DNA of 63,958 nt, the filler included, from Octopus bimaculoides (lineage: Eukaryota), in NCBI RefSeq assembly GCF_001194135.2. It is 5 parts of 4 records of this genome, joined end to end, with 100 filler letters (N's around TTAATTAATTAA, not from the genome) between each part and the next. Parts side by side here need not be neighbours in the genome. Positions count along the whole stretch, not along the records: positions 1 to 20,801 come from NC_068982.1; positions 20,902 to 43,563 come from NC_068986.1; 3 more parts are not named here. One strand, 5' to 3'. The position numbers and the translations under genes are program-made. Below are positions 13,239 through 24,347 of the stretch, piece after piece (position 1 is the stretch's first letter; every line of letters begins with the position of its first letter). Below the pieces are notes generated by a model that was not told the origin of the DNA, searched no databases, and saw only the letters and a list, made by a program, of their open reading frames with translations.

Positions 13239-13283
13239 ACTTTTAACCCATTGCCTGCTCATGGTAGGCAATGGGTTAAAAGT
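13239..13283. repeat. 45-bp hairpin: TTAA-CCCATTGCCT-N9-AGGCAATGGG-TTAA (piggyBac-like mini-remnant)
   Basis: Perfect 18-bp inverted arms acttttaacccattgcct / aggcaatgggttaaaagt with a 9-nt loop. Confidence 0.6.
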
Positions 13284-13419
13284 CTGTGAATGACAAAGGT
13301 AATAAGGTCGTTCTAAAGTGAACATGATTCGTTGAACGAGTAAATTTAGAAGCTTTGAAGAAATAATTACTTATTCACCTAAGTTTAACTCGGTGATACA
13401 TCAGTATTTAAGATGAAGA

Positions 13420-13805
13420 AAGTGGCAAGTTGGTAGAATCGATAGAACGCTGGGCGAAAATGCTTAACGGTATTTCGTCCGTCTTTGCGTTTCGAGTTCA
13501 AATTCCGCCAAATTCGGGTTCGATGTAATCGGCTTAGTCTTCCTCCCCACAAATTCCTGGCCTTTTCTCAGAATTTGAAACCCATATTTATGGTGAAGCG
13601 AGCGGGTAGCTGGCAGAATCTTTAGCACGCCGGACAAAAGGCTTCGTAATATTTCGTTCGTCTTTACGTTCTGAGTTCAAATTCCGCTGAAGTCTACTTT
13701 ACCTTTCACCCCGCTTCAGCGTCGATAAAATAAGTACCAGTAGGGTACTGGGGCCGATGTAGTCGACTTAACTCTTCCCAGAAATTGCTAATCTTGGGCC
13801 TATAG
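13420..13805 (+). mobile_element. Two SINE family B copies head-to-tail
   Basis: Two successive heads (gtggcaagttggtagaatcg at ~13421; gggtagctggcagaatc at ~13604), each followed by gagttcaaattccg and the family body. Confidence 0.85.
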
Positions 13806-13920
13806 TTTCGGTCGATGAAAGTAAAACTCGAAATGACGAGTGCAAAAACTCAAAATAAACTCAAAATCATGTTACAGGAAAACGTATATATGTAATACTA
13901 TCTCCAGCATCTCTACCATA

Positions 13921-14083
13921 GGCGTAGGCGTGGTATTTGTGGTATGAAGGTTGCTTTCCATTGAAGTGTGGTTCAGTTCCACTGTGAGGTACCTTGTGCA
14001 AGTGTCTTCTATTATAGCCTCATGTCGGCCAAAGCCTTGCGAGTGGATTTGATAGACAGAAACCGAAAAAAACTGGTCATATA
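13921..14083 (+). mobile_element. SINE family A, 5' half
   Basis: ggcgtaggcgtgg...gcaagtgtcttctattatagcc...gtggatttgatagacagaaac. Confidence 0.8.
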
Positions 14084-14267
14084 TAAACTGAACCACAAAA
14101 GAAACGACGCGCACATACTAAATAGAAACCGGTTTATCAACAGACTGCCATAGCATTGATTAAAGAGAGCTAATTAAGAAACCGTTCTTTCCTAATGATA
14201 TAACGTCATTTCCTGAAACATGTTTGACGTCACATGGTATCACGTTATGACGGAGTGCCCTGGATCC

Positions 14268-15282
14268 AAATTTTTGTGTGACTACCGTAAGCGTTGATTA
14301 CCACCAGGCATCTTCTGTACATTGAATGCACCAAACGATTGATGAAGGTCATGGGGATAACAGCCCACACTCTGTTAAACTTGCAGTGAGTTGTGCCGCA
14401 GTTGTCGGCCTTGGACGGATGTCATTTTGTCTTCTTTAGATTTCGTCCCACAGGTGCTCTATGAGGTTCAATTCCAGACTTAGGGCAGACCATGACAATG
14501 GCTGGATGTTGTGCTGTTGGAGGAAGTCTGTTGTAAACCTGACAGTATGGGCACGGGCGTTGTCATGTTGGAACACGTGATTCCGATGACGGGCAAAGTA
14601 TGGCACAACGTGAGGCCTCAACACTTGGTTGATGTAGCGAGCAGTCGTTACGCCATTGCCCCGGCTTTGGTCGATGTTTGGGAAGACCACTAGTCCAAGT
14701 TTCTGGTTGAGTGCAATCCCGCTCTATACCATGATGCTCTGTCCTCCCCATGAGTATCTCTCCACCACACAGCCATCGACATGACGTTCACCCCCTCTTC
14801 TCCAACCCTAGCTCTGTTATCTGCCACAGAAATGCAATATCGAATTTTGTCAAAGAAGTCTACAGTCCTATCACCAGTTCTGACGTTTTTGAGCCCACTG
14901 CAGATTTGCCCGTCGATGAGAATCTGTGAGGATTGGGCCTCTTGCCGGACGTCGACATGACAGGGTGAAAGATTTCAGCCGGTGACGAACTGACTCTGCA
15001 CAAATGGGTCTGTGGTGAGTCCCTATGGTCTGCCTATCTGATTCCGTTGCCCTCCGGAATCGGTCCTGCAAGTGCAGTCGGTGCAGGTGGTGATCTTGCC
15101 GTGCCCTTGTAACCCTCGGTCGGCCACTGCCTGCACGATCATCCGCGCTGTTTGTGGCATTATATCAGCCGCTCAATTGTCCGAATATTGCTGTTCAAGT
15201 CATTAGAAATGACCCATGGACGTTGACCAGCATGGAGACGTCCGATGGCTTGCTCCGTCTGACTTCGTGTCAGTCTTGCTGT
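14268..15282 (-). mobile_element. Near full-length Tc1-family transposase pseudogene
   Basis: N-terminal HTH (ARLTRSQTEQAIGRLHAGQ), SVRHRLKSFTLSCRRPARGPILT, FQHDNARAHT, SLELNLIEHLWDEI, C-terminal RCLVVINAYGSHT. Start codon mutated, frameshifts and stops. TIRs not identified. Confidence 0.93.
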
Positions 15283-15442
15283 CTTCTGGAAGCGAATGAC
15301 AGGCTGGTAAATGTGGGTGCCTTTTATACCCAATACTAAAACACGCACACGCACATCGAAAAACGCACATACACACACACACTCACTCACGTATGCGCGC
15401 GTCCATAAACACACACATAAACGCGGTAATACATACAGTATT

Positions 15443-15524
15443 ACCACTAATTTACGGGGACGTAAACACACCAACATCGGTTTTCAAGCGATGGAAGGGG
15501 GACAAGCACAGACACACACACATA

Positions 15525-15578
<54 letters not shown>

Positions 15579-15745
15579 TATACACATGACGGGCTTCTTT
15601 CAGTTTCCGTCTACCAAATCCACTCACAAGGCTTTGGTTGGCCCGAGGCTATAGCAAAAGACACTTGCCCAAAATGACACGCAGTGGGACTGAACCCGGA
15701 ACAATGAGGTTGGGAAGCAAGCATCTTACCACACAACCACTGCTG
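15443..15745 (-). mobile_element. SINE family A, 3'-truncated
   Basis: Head through internal (TA)(TG) tract to gtttacgtccccgtaaa. Confidence 0.88.
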
Positions 15746-17194
15746 CACACACACACACTCACTCCCTCACACACGTGTGTGTGTGTGTGTGCGCGCGCGC
15801 ACATATATCTAGACAAATAGGTGGATATGCACACGTCTATTTGATGCATAGATGGCGATACATTTTCTACGACTTCTTATCTTAATACTCTACGGCAAGA
15901 CAATAAATGTGCGCGGGCGCGTGTGCATGCATGAGTGAGTGTGTGTGTATGCGTGTTTGTACATGTGCCTGTGTGTGTGTGTGTGTGTGTGTATGTTTTA
16001 ATCATTGAAATCTGTGAATTGGTGTGTGACACATCTCTTTGAAACGTAACCTTTGTTTCGTTGCTGTTCTTTCATTATTCAGTAACACACCACTCAATAA
16101 ACTATTAAGACAGAATGGCTTTTAAGTTTAAGGCAGACTCCAGTGCATTTGCTTGACCTTTGCTGGTGACATTTTAGACATACGAAGGTTATATACGTAC
16201 GAAAGACGATGTTCTTATCGAACGTTTTGAGACCAGCTGAAATGTAAATATACATGTTTTGTAGAGAGTGATCACCTAATTATAGGATCTAATTCGAAAT
16301 GCATCTGTTCACCGAGGCAAACGTCTGAGCTGAAGCCAATATCACTGTTCAAAGCTATTACTCTGCGTTATAAGTTCAACTCGCGGCAAATTCGACTATG
16401 CATTATTACGGGCCTTTATATGCTGGTTTTCATTGTAAACTATATACACTCGTTGTTGTTGCTATATCGCCCTGTAACTAAGTGGTTCGGCAAAATGGAC
16501 CGATATAATAATTATCAGGCTTCGATTCGTTCGAGTAAAATTATTCAAGGTGGCGCTCCAGCATGGTCACATTCTAATGACAGAAACAAATGAAAACACA
16601 AAGGTACTTGACTGCTATTTCTAACAGGTCAGGTAATCAGATAGTGCCTCCATCGTTGGTTAGGATTAACTTGAAGTTGATTCAATAAATACTGTGCTGT
16701 TTTTATAATCGTTGCAAGGAATCTATAATCACTCAATCATGAGGATATATCTTGCTGGATTACCATTTGAAATGAGTTGAGAGATTATCTCATTCAAATT
16801 CATGAAAGTTATTTAATAACTAACGGATGCTATACTTAATCTGTCAAAATACCGGCATCAAATGACTGTATGCGAGCCATTATTTAACGAGACTCTCTGT
16901 CAGTTTAAAATCTAGAATGAAACAAGGGAATTAATTCCAATATCGAAATATTTGGTCAATATACACAACATACAGTATGTGTCTAGAGTTTATTAGCAAG
17001 TTCGACAGTTTTACAGACACATCGGTACCTGTCAATAAACTAATAACTAAAAGAGATAACAGCAAATGGAAAATGGACTGGAACAGGTCTTTAAATCAAA
17101 CTCGTGAAAGCGCACACATAGACACACACATGTATGCAGAAAGAGCGAGAGAAAGCGAGAAAGAAATATATATATATATATATATGTATCAAAA

Positions 17195-17308
17195 AGTTTG
17201 ATTCAAATTCGTTGGGACTCTTGAGTTTCAAGTGTGATGCTAGTCGTCATGGCTGATGACTAGCGTCACGCTTGAAATTCAAGGGTACCAACGAACTTGA
17301 ATCAAACT
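17195..17308. repeat. 114-bp near-perfect inverted repeat (foldback or inverted 5' end of a repeat)
   Basis: Arms agtttgattcaaattcgttgg...gctagtcgtca / tgatgactagc...ccaacgaacttgaatcaaact around a 4-nt loop. The right arm continues into sequence shared with 37434-37508. Confidence 0.85.
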
Positions 17309-17599
17309 GTTTTCATCCATACATGTAACTCCCCAAAAATTGGTTGAGTGCCCTTCTTTCGTTTGTCCAATATATATCTATATAAACTGTAATTTTTGTA
17401 TAATTATGTATTGTTAATATAACAATACATAAAGACGGGCTAGAGTTGAAGTGCTCAGCATGAGCTAGAATTCATCTTATAGTACAAATAGATACATAAG
17501 GGTGGAAAATTACAGGAATAATACCATATGTCCAACGCAAGATACAATATGTGTGTTCAATTCTTTCAAGAATCAATAAATGAATTTATAGTATTTAGT

Positions 17600-17645
<46 letters not shown>

Positions 17646-17967
17646 ATGTAGAAGACAGCAATAGGGTAAAAACAAATCTCAAGGGAGCGTTCTAGTTATC
17701 ACTTTCAGATGTAATAGGGTCTTCAATATATAATAATGTGAGTTGAAAATCTTTGATTAACTATAATTATCCAAGCAATTAATTGACAAATACTTACAAG
17801 AACGGCGTAAAATATAGAAATAACAAGCCATGGATATGCAATAAAATCAGGAGATAAACAGACACAGTTGGTTAAAGATTACTGTTGCTAATTTCTCCGG
17901 CATTGCTTTCGTATAAAACCTTTTCAAAGCTTTTTACGCGAAGAACGTATAATGATTTAGTTTCCTG

Positions 17968-18120
17968 TTTATTTTCCAGTTTCCATTTACCAAATCCAAT
18001 CACAAGGCTTTGGTCAGCTCGTAGTAGAAGAGACTTGCCCGAGGTGCCACGCAGTGGGACTGAATCCGGAACCATGTGGTAGGGAAGCAAGCTTCTTATC
18101 ATACAGCCACACCTGCGCCT
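17968..18120 (-). mobile_element. SINE family A, 5' part
   Basis: ccagtttccatttaccaaatcc...gcagtgggactgaatccggaaccatgtgg...cagccacacctgcgcct. Confidence 0.85.
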
Positions 18121-18725
18121 ATGTGTAGAATCTGATCAAAACTCAGATCCCTTCAGACTTTCATATGGACGAGTGCACCCAGGGTGGTCAATGTCACGTA
18201 GAAATTGACCAAAAAAAAAACAAACCAAATCTGTCATAAAAGTCAGAAGAGAGATGGCGGAATGCCTACATCACTTCGGTGGTGTTGGTAGTTCCTTGCA
18301 TTGCACCAGAAAATATGAGAAGATTGCACTGTCTCTCTTTTTTGTAAGAAGCAAAACGGAAAGGATTCTTCGATCGGATCTATCAGCATCTGCTCCGAAG
18401 TTGGTACTGGCATGGTGTACTGGGTGATGCGGCCAAGGCTACAGCATCTACACAGATTCCCGGGCGGCAAGCGTCTTAGTTATTTACCAGTCATACTTTC
18501 TAACAATTTCTTGTTTTTTTTTTGACTGATCTGCTGTCCTGTACAAAGCGTGAACAAATGAAGACACTTGAAAAGCAAGATGTTGTTTGCTTGGACCAAC
18601 AACCCCTCCCTTCTCTCACTCTCTTAGTTTGGCAGGTAAGGTGGTCGGGGAGACGTGAGTACTCATACTTTTCAGAGAGATTGTAAATTATGAACGGCAG
18701 TGTACTATGAACTAGAGTCAGGAGA

Positions 18726-18775
<50 letters not shown>

Positions 18776-18847
18776 AGAGAGAGGAAGAGAAAGAGGGAGA
18801 GATAGGTAGCGAGAGAGAGAGAGAGAGAAAGAGAGATAAAGAGAGAT

Positions 18848-18918
<71 letters not shown>

Positions 18919-19774
18919 ACACACCTGAAGATAGGCTTTGTAGATAGACTTGACTCTTTCTGTGTGCCTTTTCCTCATTAGCATTTAATCTTGTGCATAT
19001 CTTGTAGTTACGACTACTAACACGGACTTGAAATAATTCAGCATCTAATGAAAATCGTTATATTATTTATTTTCTTCTCTTTATATTGTCTGTCCGTATG
19101 TCACCCGAGCCCTCTTCGCTTTTACATGTCTGAGGCCGATTAACATAAATCTTCACATGAGATCGATTTTATTGATTACCTAACCACCAAATTTGTAAGA
19201 TTGTACTAATATAGCAAATCATTATTAGCATTGTCACAATGGCGAAGACATGGTCTTTGAATTCGATTGTTTGTATGCTTGAGACTTTAGAATATGCTTT
19301 GTCCAAGTATTAATTTCTCTACATTTGGGGGTCTTCTAGGTTAAAAATAATGTTTCACTCTCACTTAAATGCGTCATTTGTTCCAGACAAACGTAGTTGT
19401 TATGAAGGTTCATGCTATGACGATAAAACATTTCGGATATCGATTAGCTGTTCATCAATGCAAATGCCATGGCCTACCATTTTCGTACTGATTTCTTCGT
19501 ACAATAGACTGTATAAATTTCAAATTTTAAATCGTCAAATACAAAATCGTTGAATCAATTGAACTAAAGTGAGAGATTGTCAGACAAACAATACACAAAG
19601 CTTACACTTTGGCACATGCTGAAGTAATCAAGTCATGTGTTCAATAGAAAAGAAATTTTGTCACTTATTTATAGTACAATGAAAAACATAAAGGCATTTT
19701 AAAATTCTAAACATATAGATGTGAAATACAGACACACAGACGCAAGCGAACATGCACGCAGATACACACACTTA

Positions 19775-19940
19775 TGTATAATGGTTTCAAATTTTGGCAC
19801 AAAAGTTCAGAATACTTATTTTATAGACCCCGAAAAAAAAATGAAATCAATGTTGACCTCAGCGGAATTCGAACTCAAGACAGACGAACTGCCACAAAGC
19901 ATCTCGATCGGCGTGCTAAAGATTCTGCCATCTCGCCTCC
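19775..19940 (-). mobile_element. SINE family B, internally deleted
   Basis: ggtttcaaattttggcacaa tail, gcggaattcgaactc B-box, cgtgctaaagattctgcc head. Confidence 0.8.
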
Positions 19941-20139
19941 TTATGTCAATGTATTATGATCTGATTAAGTGGTTACATGCATTTTCATCTTCCAGAAAAG
20001 GAAAATACAATAATCTGTTCTCATCTTGAAACAAGCTATGGAATATATGCGATAACTATTGAAATATTTCTTTTAAAAGTGAAAAAGTAGATTCCAAAGA
20101 AACTAGGGATGCCATGCGTCGAAAATATTAAGCAGAACA

Positions 20140-20324
20140 GTTCTATATTTAAGAGATGAGGAATTATGTACATTATTTACATTATTTACATTTGACGGAT
20201 ATTTGTTCTCATCTTGTTTGTTGTTAATACAAAGTTTCGGCTGATAAACCCTCTAGCTTTCATCAGGTGTCTTGGGGGAAATTTCGAACCTGGGTTCTCA
20301 TTCCTAAGGTATTTTTCGATGTTA

Positions 20325-20387
<63 letters not shown>

Positions 20388-20455
20388 GTCCGTAGTTAAG
20401 AGCGCGGGCTACAAACCCCAAGATTTCGAGTTCGATTCCAAGCAGTGACGTGAAT
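20140..20455. mobile_element. Composite: minus-strand Penelope-like tail with hammerhead + (TTA)n + plus-strand tRNA-like head
   Basis: 20140-20325 is the reverse complement of the 57684-57815 tail plus its extension. 20386-20452 matches the 57574-57641 head, with a perfect B-box GTTCGATTC at 20430-20438. Confidence 0.8.
20226..20271 (-). ncRNA. Degenerate minimal type I hammerhead ribozyme motif
   Basis: GACAC-CTGATGA-A-AGCT-loop-AGCC-GAAA-CTTT-GTATT. Core intact; one substitution each in stems I, II and III relative to the 57722 copy. Confidence 0.55.
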
Positions 20456-20456
20456 A

Positions 20457-21457
20457 ATGATAAAAGCTACCTTTATCAAAGGAAAAATGACAAGTACATC
20501 TAATGTGAACCTTGACCAGCAAAATGTCATAAAAGAGTTAGAACCAGCGGAGAGCTACAAATACCTAGGGGTAATTGAAGGGGACAATATCAAGCACTCA
20601 GTGATGAGCGAAAGGATCAGAAGGGTGAGAGCAATACTGAAGACAGAGCTGAACGCGAGAAACAGGATCGAAGCGATCAATGCTCTAGCCATACCAGTCG
20701 TGACTTACAGTTTCAACATCGTTAACTGGTCAATTACTGAAATATGTAATGTTGACAGAAAAATACGAAAACTGTTGACAATGCATAGAATGCACCACCC
20801 TNNNNNNNNNNNNNNNNNNNNNNNNNNNNNNNNNNNNNNNNNNNNTTAATTAATTAANNNNNNNNNNNNNNNNNNNNNNNNNNNNNNNNNNNNNNNNNNN
20901 NATATATTCACAGACACGACAGAACTGAGACCTATATACACTGGAAGCTATGCCAACACTATGGAATAACAACAGAAAAAAGATGGTATAAACACACGCC
21001 AGAAAAAGGTCACAGAAAACGAGAAAGCAACCATACTCTGGGATATGCCAATACACACAGATAGAGAAATTAAGGCAGATAGACCAGATATAGTTGTCAA
21101 AGATAATGAAGAAAAAAAATGCTTTCTAATTGATGTTTCAATACCAGCAGATGACAACGTTTCCCTAAAAGAAATGGAAAAACTTTCAAAATACAAAGAC
21201 CTGGAAATAGAGATAACTCGAATATTCAGACAACTACATAACAAAGACACCAGGACTTACAACAAATATATATAACATACAGAAAATTGCACTACTGGGC
21301 ACTGCACACATCCTACGCAAAATACTTTCAATACCGTAACCATAAGAACATCACAGCAAACCACAGCACATACGCAAGGCACACAGAGCTGCGCTCGGTA
21401 GTGAAGTGAAAGCACGCTATAAAAATAAAACTACTGAATAATAATAATAATAATAAT
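20457..21457 (+). mobile_element. 5'-truncated R4/Dong-type non-LTR retrotransposon (restriction-like endonuclease), (TAA)n tail
   Basis: YKYLG; RAILKTELNARNRIEAINALAIPVVTYSF; DRKIRKLLTMHRMHHP; RPDIV...FLIDVSIP..N..KE.EKLSKYKDL; QKIALLGTAHILRKILSIP*; (TAA)n at 21438-21457. Spans an artificial 100-bp gap. Confidence 0.88.
20802..20901. other. Assembly spacer N44-TTAATTAATTAA-N44
   Basis: Exactly 44 N + 12-mer with stops in all six frames + 44 N. The same spacer recurs at 43608, 55721 and 62214. Confidence 0.95.
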
Positions 21458-21662
21458 CCTATGGGAACAAGGCCTGGAACTTGTGGGGAGGAGATAGTCA
21501 ATTACATCGACCCCAGTACTTGATTGGAACTTAATTTATCAACACCGAAAGGATGAAAGGCAAAGTCGACTTCTGCCGAATTTGAACACAAAACATAGTG
21601 ACAGACGACAAAGCGCTAAGTATTTCGCCCGGCGTGTTAACGATTCTGCCAACTCGCCGTCT
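21455..21662 (-). mobile_element. SINE family B, full-length, tail-to-tail with the Dong element
   Basis: gacggcgagttggcagaatcgttaacacgccgggcgaaatac head and family body on the minus strand. Confidence 0.88.
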
Positions 21663-21663
21663 T

Positions 21664-21752
<89 letters not shown>

Positions 21753-21773
21753 TTACTGCTGCTGCTGTTACTG

Positions 21774-21806
<33 letters not shown>

Positions 21807-21840
21807 ATAATAATAATAATAATAATAGCAATAATAATAA
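21662..21840. repeat. Compound (TAC)n-(TAA)n microsatellite
   Basis: Direct reading. Lies between the SINE B head and the Tx1 tail. Confidence 0.95.
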
Positions 21841-22400
21841 TCCTTTCTTTATTGGTCACAAGGGCCGAACACAAAACGAATAGGGACAATAGAAAACTGG
21901 GGATACGTGGGGTTTAACACAAAAATCGAGTAAACAATAAAATAACAATGAGAACAATACGATTAAACAACAAAATTCCCCCAAAGCGGGGAGTTTCTTC
22001 TCACCGGGACAACCGAGGAGCCCTACAATTCTGGTTATCTGTCATACATGTGATAATGGCTGTTCGACAAAGATCTACAAGTCAGTAATGCACGGACACT
22101 GGACGAGTGCGTGAAGGACAGTTTCGTCGCCCTACGCACACCTCGTACAGGTCCGTCTGACAGCAATTCCGTGTCTGTAGAATTTGTCTTGAACCGGCAG
22201 AGTTCTCCGGTAGCACTGCCAGGTCAGAGATTTCTGGAAGTCATCTATTAGGCCTTGACCCGAAAGTTCTCTGGAAAAACCATTTAATTGATCCCTCCCA
22301 ACGTCCAGAGTTTCCCCGAGGACGTCGTCACTCTTGCCCGCCACTAATCCCCTATAGAACTCCATGGTGAAACTTCCACCGACTGCGTTGCCCGACTGGC
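21832..22400 (-). mobile_element. Tx1/L1-clade 3' fragment (ORF2 zinc-finger region + 3'UTR, AATAAA, (ATT)n tail)
   Basis: KSLTWQCYRRTLPVQDKFYRHGIAVRRTCTRC then DETVLHALVQC (C-terminal CCHC/zf-RVT pattern of L1/Tx1); AATAAA at 21853-21848; ATT tail. Confidence 0.8.
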
Positions 22401-22633
22401 GATGATGATGATGGCAATAATAATTTATTTTTATCTATTAGTTTCTTTTATTTATTATAACAATAACTAAACCAACAGCAGCCACTGCATTCAAACAAAC
22501 TCAATATATTATAATCAAATATTATATTAATAAAATAAATCTAAAATCTAAAATAAAACTGTCTCTGAAAATATCAGAATCTCATTTCGGCTGCAGAGGA
22601 GAATAAGCTGTTTAAATTGTAATTTGTTGGGGG

Positions 22634-22678
<45 letters not shown>

Positions 22679-23402
22679 GTTGTTGTTGTTGTTGTTGTTG
22701 CTGTTGTTGTTGTTGTAATAACAATAACAACAGCCATCATCATCGTCAATATTATTATTCATTTATTTAATTATTTATTTGGTGATTGGCGAACAGCAAA
22801 CCCATTTGTCGCTTTCTCAGAAATTCGCTTCCATCATCGGTGCGCAATATGAACCTCATGGATTTTAAACGTCATTGCATGCGGTGGGATTCTAGAAACA
22901 AATAGCCGTTGCTCCTCTTATTAACAAACACAATTGCCAGAACTCGAAGATAAATAGTAAATAAAAATAAATAAATAAATAAATAAACAAAAATAAAAAT
23001 AATAGAAATAATAATAATAACGTTGTTCTCATTTGTTATGTCTTGTGCTATTCTATAGCGGTTGTTGATATTTGTTGTTTTGTCTATTTTCCTGTATTTC
23101 GCTGTTTGTGCTGTTTTCAACATCTTGAGCACTTGTGGCCAATAACGGATATCATCACCACCTTTATTATCGTCGTTGTTGCTCTCGTCATTATTATGAG
23201 AGTCGTCATCACTATGCCGACCACCACCAGCAGCACCACCGCCACTACCACTACCACTACTACCGCCTCTGTCACTGCCACCATCAGTAGCAACGTCATC
23301 ATTATCCCTATTTTCATTATGATTATTAACAATGATACGAGTTCCATTCTATCAATTTCCCTCTTTCTTCTTTCTCACCTTTCCTCTTATCACGATATTC
23401 AC

Positions 23403-23439
<37 letters not shown>

Positions 23440-23544
23440 TGCTCGCTCTCTCCGTCTATCTATCTATTTATATGTCTGTCTATCTGTCTGTTTGTCTGTC
23501 TGTCTATCTATCATTCTTTCTTTCTCAGTCCCTCTCTCTCCCTG

Positions 23545-23575
<31 letters not shown>

Positions 23576-24075
23576 CTCTATCTCTCTATCTCTCTATCTA
23601 AGTGACTGTCTGTATGTCTGTATGTCTGTCTATCTATGTATCTATATCTCAGTCTATCATTCTCTCTTCCTTTCTCTTTCTTTCTCTCCCTCTGTCTCTG
23701 TTTCATTCATTCGTTATTCTTTTCGCTTCCTCACACATTTCCGTCTTTCGTTCATCTTCGTCTTTCCTTTTTTGCACTTCTTTTTGCGTGAATCTTTTAA
23801 TCAAATCACATATATATTTGTATTTGTTCTGTTACATTTTTGTAAACATTTCTCTGTTTTTATATATATATTTATTATCTGTTTGCTCTCGTCCAAGCTG
23901 GGATAACGACAGAAAAATATATTAATAGGCTCTTCCAGCATTTCATTTGGCGTTTATTGTAAGTGGGCAGCATGTTTATATTAGAGGCCATCGTTCGTTG
24001 TTGTTTATATTGTTTCTGTTTGTTGTTAATTATTGTTCCTGCTGCTGTTGCTAATTATTGTTGCATTTATCTGTG

Positions 24076-24183
<108 letters not shown>

Positions 24184-24295
24184 CTGTGAATGTGTGCATA
24201 TTTGCATAAGTCTGTATGGCTAGATATGTCTTTATATGCCTGAATGTACGTGTCATCATGTGTTTGTATACATGCTTCATAAATGTGTGTGTGTG

Positions 24296-24347
<52 letters not shown>

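Noticed and set aside
14100-15340. TIRs for the Tc1 transposase pseudogene
   Set aside because: I could not find matching inverted ends by eye, so only the coding remnant is annotated.
17254-17283. CTGATGA...GAAA hammerhead-like core in the palindrome
   Set aside because: Stem I does not pair and stem III and the base of stem II are defective, so it is not called a ribozyme in this copy.
23043-23906. Longest ORF in the track (287 aa)
   Set aside because: Made of ACC/ACT, TC and TCTA simple repeats with T-rich low complexity; no protein-like signal.
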